Translations under genes and position numbers: made by a program | The notes under the pieces: model-generated | Databases searched by the model: none | The model's input: only the letters and a program-made list of their open reading frames with translations | What the model was told of the DNA's origin: nothing | Shown: positions 60,003-64,000 of the stretch, in pieces | How positions within the stretch are numbered: the first letter of the stretch is position 1 | How the letters are laid out: every line of letters begins with the position of its first letter | Assembly: GCA_037445555.1 (NCBI GenBank) | Contig: JBBIKG010000017.1 | Location: 2,329 to 66,328, forward strand | Direction: 5' to 3' | DNA length: 64,000 nt | Origin: Lentimicrobiaceae bacterium | Lineage (GTDB): Bacteria; Bacteroidota; Bacteroidia; Bacteroidales; JAAYJT01

Positions 60003-60114
60003 ATGATCTTACCGGAGCGTCTCGGTAAATTACGAAGATGAATGTAAAAAGAATTATTGACGCAAGGTTAGGTGTAAACGTCAGAACGTTTCGGTTCTCC
60101 TTGAAAACATAAGT

Positions 60115-60843
60115 ATGTTTTTTAGTTATACCGATGTAGGAGTTGGGGTCAAACTGTTTGGTTTGCAGCATCTTGCATCAATATTTTTCTTTATAATTCT
60201 ACCTGTCCTTGTTGTTTGGAAAAGGCGTGAATGCCTGCGGTTGTGGAAACATGAAAAATATTTAAGGATTAGCCTAGGAGTGTTTTCGCTACTGCTTGAG
60301 TTTTCATTGTACCTGTGGCATGTGATCGCAGGAGGAATTACTGACTGGCGCGAAATAGTTCCAACCACATTGTGCGGCCTTTCTATTTACCTGGGTGCTA
60401 TCGCCCTGATTACACGAAACTATAATCTAGCCAGAGTGGTTTATTTTTATTCGTTCGGAGCTATTCTTTCCTTCATTTTCGTTTCCATCGATCACGGAAT
60501 TGATCGCTACAGGTTTTACAACTACTTCATAAACCATGCCTTAATCATTATTACCCCAATATATTTCCGACTCATGTATCGTGTTGGCTGGGATACAGAA
60601 GCCCTGAAAAGAGCTGTTGTACTGCTAACACCTGTACTTCTGCTTTCGTTTCTGATAAACAAACCTTTGCAGTCAAATTTCTTTTATTTCGATCATCCGA
60701 TCTTTGAAGATTTTCCGGTTTTTACGCCTGCATATCACTCTAGCCCTTTGCTGTATGCAGCTCTTGTCTTCCTTTCGTACTATCTGTTAATGGGTATAAT
60801 GTATTTGTTTGCTTTGATACATAAAAATCGAATATCTGCCTGA
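60115..60843 (+). CDS. Integral membrane protein, YwaF/TIGR02206-like (TMEM164-like)
   Basis: About 7 TM helices, 242 aa, with a family-like VPTTLCGLSIY segment. The assignment is tentative. Confidence 0.6.
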   Translation: MFFSYTDVGVGVKLFGLQHLASIFFFIILPVLVVWKRRECLRLWKHEKYLRISLGVFSLLLEFSLYLWHVIAGGITDWREIVPTTLCGLSIYLGAIALITRNYNLARVVYFYSFGAILSFIFVSIDHGIDRYRFYNYFINHALIIITPIYFRLMYRVGWDTEALKRAVVLLTPVLLLSFLINKPLQSNFFYFDHPIFEDFPVFTPAYHSSPLLYAALVFLSYYLLMGIMYLFALIHKNRISA

Positions 60844-61057
60844 ACTTGGCAGGCTCTGCAACAATGCCTCTTACCTGCAGCTTTGCGGTTCTTATGGATA
60901 AAGATGCAGTTAAGCTGCTGCTCCAATAGCTATAGGAATGTCCAATGGGCCACAAGGTTTAGATGAATGCCATTTACTGTGATCCGGCCGAAAAAAGGGT
61001 GATCTCTGGCTTGAAAAATTCTCAATCGGTCTAAGGACCTATCATCAATAGCCGCTA

Positions 61058-61522
61058 TTATACGCTGATTTGCCGCTTAAAACCAAGTTCGAGCGAAATA
61101 AATGATTCGGTATACGTGATCTCGGGGATGGATTGAATTTTTTCGACGATGATGCGCTTCAGATGCTCGTTGCTGTGCGTGAATACCTTTATCAACAATG
61201 AGTACTTCCCTGAGATGTGATGGCATTCTACAATTTCGGGGATCTGTCTTATCTTTTCAAATACTTCGTTGTGCGAGCTGGTGCTTGTCAGGTTTACCTG
61301 GATTCCGATAAAAGCACAGGTCATATATCCGAAAGCCTTTTCATCAAGCAGGAGTTGAGAGCCGCTGATTAAGCCAGATTCTTTCATCCTGCACATGCGC
61401 TGATGAATGGCAGGCCCTGACATGCCAACAGCGCGGGCTATTTCAAGGTAAGATGCCCGGGCATCGGTCATCAGCAGGTTCAGAATTTTTTGGTCGGTGT
61501 GATCAATCTGTAATTGAGGCAT
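61058..61522 (-). CDS. Lrp/AsnC-family transcriptional regulator
   Basis: N-terminal HTH (DQKILNLLMTDARASYLEIARAVGMSGPAIHQRMCRM) and a C-terminal RAM/AsnC_trans_reg domain. 154 aa. Confidence 0.9.
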   Translation of the reverse strand: MPQLQIDHTDQKILNLLMTDARASYLEIARAVGMSGPAIHQRMCRMKESGLISGSQLLLDEKAFGYMTCAFIGIQVNLTSTSSHNEVFEKIRQIPEIVECHHISGKYSLLIKVFTHSNEHLKRIIVEKIQSIPEITYTESFISLELGFKRQISV

Positions 61523-61545
61523 CGGGTATTATATTTGATGAATTA

Positions 61546-61553
61546 CAAAAGTA
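61546..61553 (-). promoter_or_regulatory. -7 promoter box TACTTTTG (minus strand) for the Lrp/AsnC gene
   Basis: The reverse complement of CAAAAGTA at 61546-61553 matches TAnnTTTG exactly, with 23 nt between the box and the ATG at 61522. Confidence 0.3.
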
Positions 61554-61748
61554 ATGTAAATAATTTAAAAAAAGATAAGATAGGAAGTAAAATAATTAAA
61601 ATATAAACAAAATATATTTAAATATACTAAATTAGATTTGGATGTGTAAATTTGCACGCAAGTAAAATGATTTTTTACTATCCGACTGAACTTAGTTTGT
61701 CATGAAATAAAACCTTGTAAATCTGAATTTTAATTAGGAAACCCTGCA

Positions 61749-62945
61749 ATGAAACGATTACACGATCCCGCTACAAGAATCCAGATGCTCGAACAATTCG
61801 GCGAGTATGGCGATGTAAACCCGTCAGTTACTGATTCAGCAACTTTTACTTTTATGCAGGCAAAAACCATGCTTGCTACATTCAAAGGCGAGGAGGAAGG
61901 TTGTTTTCTTTACTCCCGCCATTGGAATCCCAGCAACAAGTATCTTGCCGATGCGCTTGCAGCCATGGACGGAACGGAGGCAGCCTGGATCACGGCATCT
62001 GGCATGGGGGCCATCACCTGCGCCATACTTCAATTGGTCAGCACTGGTGATCATATCGTATCGAGCTTGACGACATATGGCGGAACGTATGCTTTCCTGG
62101 CCAACTACCTTCCTAAATTCAATATCACGGTAACCTTCGTTGATATTACCGACCTGGCTGCTGTGGAAGCTGCAATGCGGCCCAACACACGTATTATTTA
62201 CACCGAGTCGGTAACAAATCCCTTGCTGCATGTGTCCGACATCCCGGCCCTTGCCGCTCTCGCCGTAAAGTTTGGTGCACACCTGCTGGTCGATAATACC
62301 TTCACCCCCATGATCCTGTCGCCAACGCAATTGGGAGCACATGTCACCCTCTACAGCATGACAAAATTTATCAATGGCAAAAACGATTGTGTGGCTGGTG
62401 CTATCTGTGGCTCACAAGAGTATATTTCGTCGTTGATTGATGTAAACAGCGGCACCGCCATGCTGCTTGGTCCGGTGCTCGATCCGCTGCGGTCATCCGG
62501 AATATTGAAGAACCTGCATACCCTGCACATTCGTATGAAACAGCACAGCTTGAACGCCATGTTTCTAGCCGAACGCTTTCGGGAAGCCGGTTTCAGGGTA
62601 AGATATCCCGGGCTTCCTTCACATGAAGGGCATGAATTGATGAAACGCATGATGCATCCCGATTTCGGATTCGGAGGAGTATTTGCCGTGGACATGGAAA
62701 CCTTTGATCGGGCGGCAAGCCTGATGGAAAAAATGGAAACTTCCGGTGTGGGATATTTGGCTGTCAGCCTTGGGTACTTCAAGACATTATTCAGCAACTC
62801 CGGAAAGAGCACATCGAGCGAGGTGCCCGAAAATGTTCAAAAGCAGATGGGTATGAGCGAAGGGTTGGTAAGATTTTCGGTCGGACTAGATCACGACATT
62901 CATCTTACCTGGGATCTCATCAGTAAGTGCCTGAACAGCCTTTAG
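61749..62945 (+). CDS. Cys/Met-metabolism PLP-dependent enzyme (methionine gamma-lyase / cystathionine gamma-synthase family, divergent subgroup)
   Basis: YSRHWNPS, DNTFTP and the PLP-lysine motif YSMTKFINGKNDCVAG, which differs from the canonical S-x-TK-[YF]-[IL]-x-GH-x-D. Divergently transcribed from an Lrp/AsnC regulator. Confidence 0.78.
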   Translation: MKRLHDPATRIQMLEQFGEYGDVNPSVTDSATFTFMQAKTMLATFKGEEEGCFLYSRHWNPSNKYLADALAAMDGTEAAWITASGMGAITCAILQLVSTGDHIVSSLTTYGGTYAFLANYLPKFNITVTFVDITDLAAVEAAMRPNTRIIYTESVTNPLLHVSDIPALAALAVKFGAHLLVDNTFTPMILSPTQLGAHVTLYSMTKFINGKNDCVAGAICGSQEYISSLIDVNSGTAMLLGPVLDPLRSSGILKNLHTLHIRMKQHSLNAMFLAERFREAGFRVRYPGLPSHEGHELMKRMMHPDFGFGGVFAVDMETFDRAASLMEKMETSGVGYLAVSLGYFKTLFSNSGKSTSSEVPENVQKQMGMSEGLVRFSVGLDHDIHLTWDLISKCLNSL

Positions 62946-63033
62946 TGGTGTCAGATTTTGAATGATATGAATCGGATATTTGTTATAAGCCGATTTGATT
63001 TAATTTTACTCACTCATCAAATATTCCTAAGCC

Positions 63034-63270
63034 ATGGATACATCAGAATTTAAGGTCAAAGGCGAAGAATTGCTCCAGAAGATAAAAGAGCTAATTCGCG
63101 AAGGCAATGTGAGCCGTATTATCATCAAAGACAGTGATGGAAAAGTGTTTCTTGAGATACCGGTAACGGTTGGGGTGGTCGGAGTGATCTTTGCTCCGGT
63201 GCTGGCCGCGGTAGGTGCCCTTGCCGCCCTAGTGGCCGATTTCACCATCGAAGTGATACGACGCGAATAG
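63034..63270 (+). CDS. DUF4342-like small protein with a C-terminal hydrophobic helix
   Basis: 78 aa. LIREGNVSRIIIKDSDGKVFLEIPVTVGVVGVIFAPVLAAVGALAAL fits my recollection of the DUF4342 family. Confidence 0.65.
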   Translation: MDTSEFKVKGEELLQKIKELIREGNVSRIIIKDSDGKVFLEIPVTVGVVGVIFAPVLAAVGALAALVADFTIEVIRRE

Positions 63271-63291
63271 CCTGGCCACCGCAGACTTCGA

Positions 63292-64000
63292 TTAGATTCC
63301 GCTCGTGTTCAGGTTTCCAAGGCTTACTGTCACCAATTTCTGCTGTGAAGGATCGTCATCGTTCGACAAACGTACCGAGATCTGGAGGTGAAGGTTGTAC
63401 ACATTCATCTCGGTTTCTTTGAGTTTGATACGCCCGATCTTCAGTATATCGGCATTGATGATACCCTCGCGCCGTGAAGGCTCCCGGCTGAATAACTTGT
63501 CTTCAGTGGTTTGAAGCAGCATTTTGTCGTACTCATCCTGGCTGAACTCGTAGATATTGGCAATATCGTCAATAGAAATTACCTGCAGGTTTTCAAAACC
63601 TTCGAGATTGGTGGTAAACCAGGCATTCACATTTTCACCTACCAGGCAGCGATTGAGGCTGTCGCTACTGATCATGCGGGCATTATTTATTATAGCCCTT
63701 CCGTAAAAATTATTGGCATACTGGTAGATCTTGTCGTAGGTTATGGCATATCGTACGCTTATACCTCCAATAATCTTGCGCAGTCGGGGGTAGAAATGAA
63801 ATGCGTTGTAAATACGCAGGACTATGGCAAAGTTGCAGGCAAATAGAAGGGATTGTAACGGGTTGTCAAAAATCACAAAGCCCCCGTCGCCCGTGCTGAT
63901 AAAATGACTCTCAACGATCTGCCTGTTGTATCGCTGAAAAATGAACGGATGATGCTGACGGCAGAGTTCAATGGTTGTATGGAAGATTTTTTTATACAGG
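63292..64000 (-). CDS. Class-III nucleotidyl cyclase-like domain protein, 3' part only (the ORF stays open to the window edge)
   Basis: My translation upstream of the track's GTG (63876) continues without a stop to nt 63999: LYKKIFHTTIELCRQHHPFIFQRYNRQIVESHFISTGDGGFVIFDNP... The patterns x-T-G-D-x-x-x-x-x-F (GD at 63886-63891) and SVRYAITYDKIYQYANNFYGRAIINNARMISS fit the second metal-Asp hairpin and the R-x-G-x-h...G-x-x-V-N-x-A-x-R segment of class III cyclases. About 80 unassigned C-terminal residues follow. Confidence 0.55.
   Translation of the reverse strand, partial: LYKKIFHTTIELCRQHHPFIFQRYNRQIVESHFISTGDGGFVIFDNPLQSLLFACNFAIVLRIYNAFHFYPRLRKIIGGISVRYAITYDKIYQYANNFYGRAIINNARMISSDSLNRCLVGENVNAWFTTNLEGFENLQVISIDDIANIYEFSQDEYDKMLLQTTEDKLFSREPSRREGIINADILKIGRIKLKETEMNVYNLHLQISVRLSNDDDPSQQKLVTVSLGNLNTSGI

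Noticed and set aside
60844-61057. A 214-nt gene-free gap between the YwaF-like gene and the Lrp/AsnC gene as a possible ncRNA
   Set aside because: Only short weak hairpins are present, with no promoter box plus terminator pair and no resemblance to tRNA, tmRNA, SRP RNA, RNase P or 6S RNA. It is left unannotated.
1-64000. CRISPR arrays, tandem repeats, IS elements, rRNA/tRNA genes
   Set aside because: Reading through all intergenic regions (the longest are about 150-385 nt) showed no repeat-spacer periodicity, no terminal inverted repeats flanking a transposase and no cloverleaf-compatible sequences.

Overview
This 64-kb window reads as ordinary chromosomal core genome of a Bacteroidota-type organism. 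That placement is inferred only from the sequence: a FeoA-FeoB fusion followed by a FeoB-associated Cys-rich mini-protein, rpmG followed by a DUF4295 mini-protein, and a CarboxypepD_reg-type TonB-dependent receptor. It is also supported by an ApgM-type 'proposed homoserine kinase' next to thrC and by recurrent TAnnTTTG -7 promoter boxes shortly upstream of start codons. I call about 58 densely packed protein-coding genes on both strands. They cover arginine catabolism (arcC fragment, OTC), nitrite ammonification (nrfHA) and K+ uptake (TrkH/TrkA), plus a TonB-dependent receptor with a partner lipoprotein. Housekeeping genes are prmC, glgB, aat, xerD, rpmG, ftsY, rimO, uvrA, tcdA, nth, bcp, recA, dnaE and trxA. 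Also present are feoAB, a photolyase, a threonine operon, several SDRs and two divergent Cys/Met-family PLP enzymes. I found no rRNA, tRNA, CRISPR array, transposase, phage or plasmid genes, no obvious pseudogenes and no clear defence island. Many ORF-track N-termini begin at upstream TTG/GTG codons, and I moved these to the first in-frame ATG where family knowledge or a signal peptide supports it. I do not see a clear-cut novel multi-gene system. The best leads, all moderate, are: (1) an atypical 487-aa PLP enzyme in an operon with thrC and the non-canonical homoserine kinase; (2) a class-III nucleotidyl-cyclase-like gene truncated by the right window edge; (3) a TonB-dependent receptor paired with an uncharacterised lipoprotein, each preceded by a shared promoter-proximal motif; (4) two tandem, translationally coupled paralogous secreted proteins; (5) a Qng1/DUF2419-like protein with a 7-Cys segment; (6) a small stand-alone transcription unit between an ECF sigma gene and nth. 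All functional calls come from motif and family recognition by eye, with no database search run.
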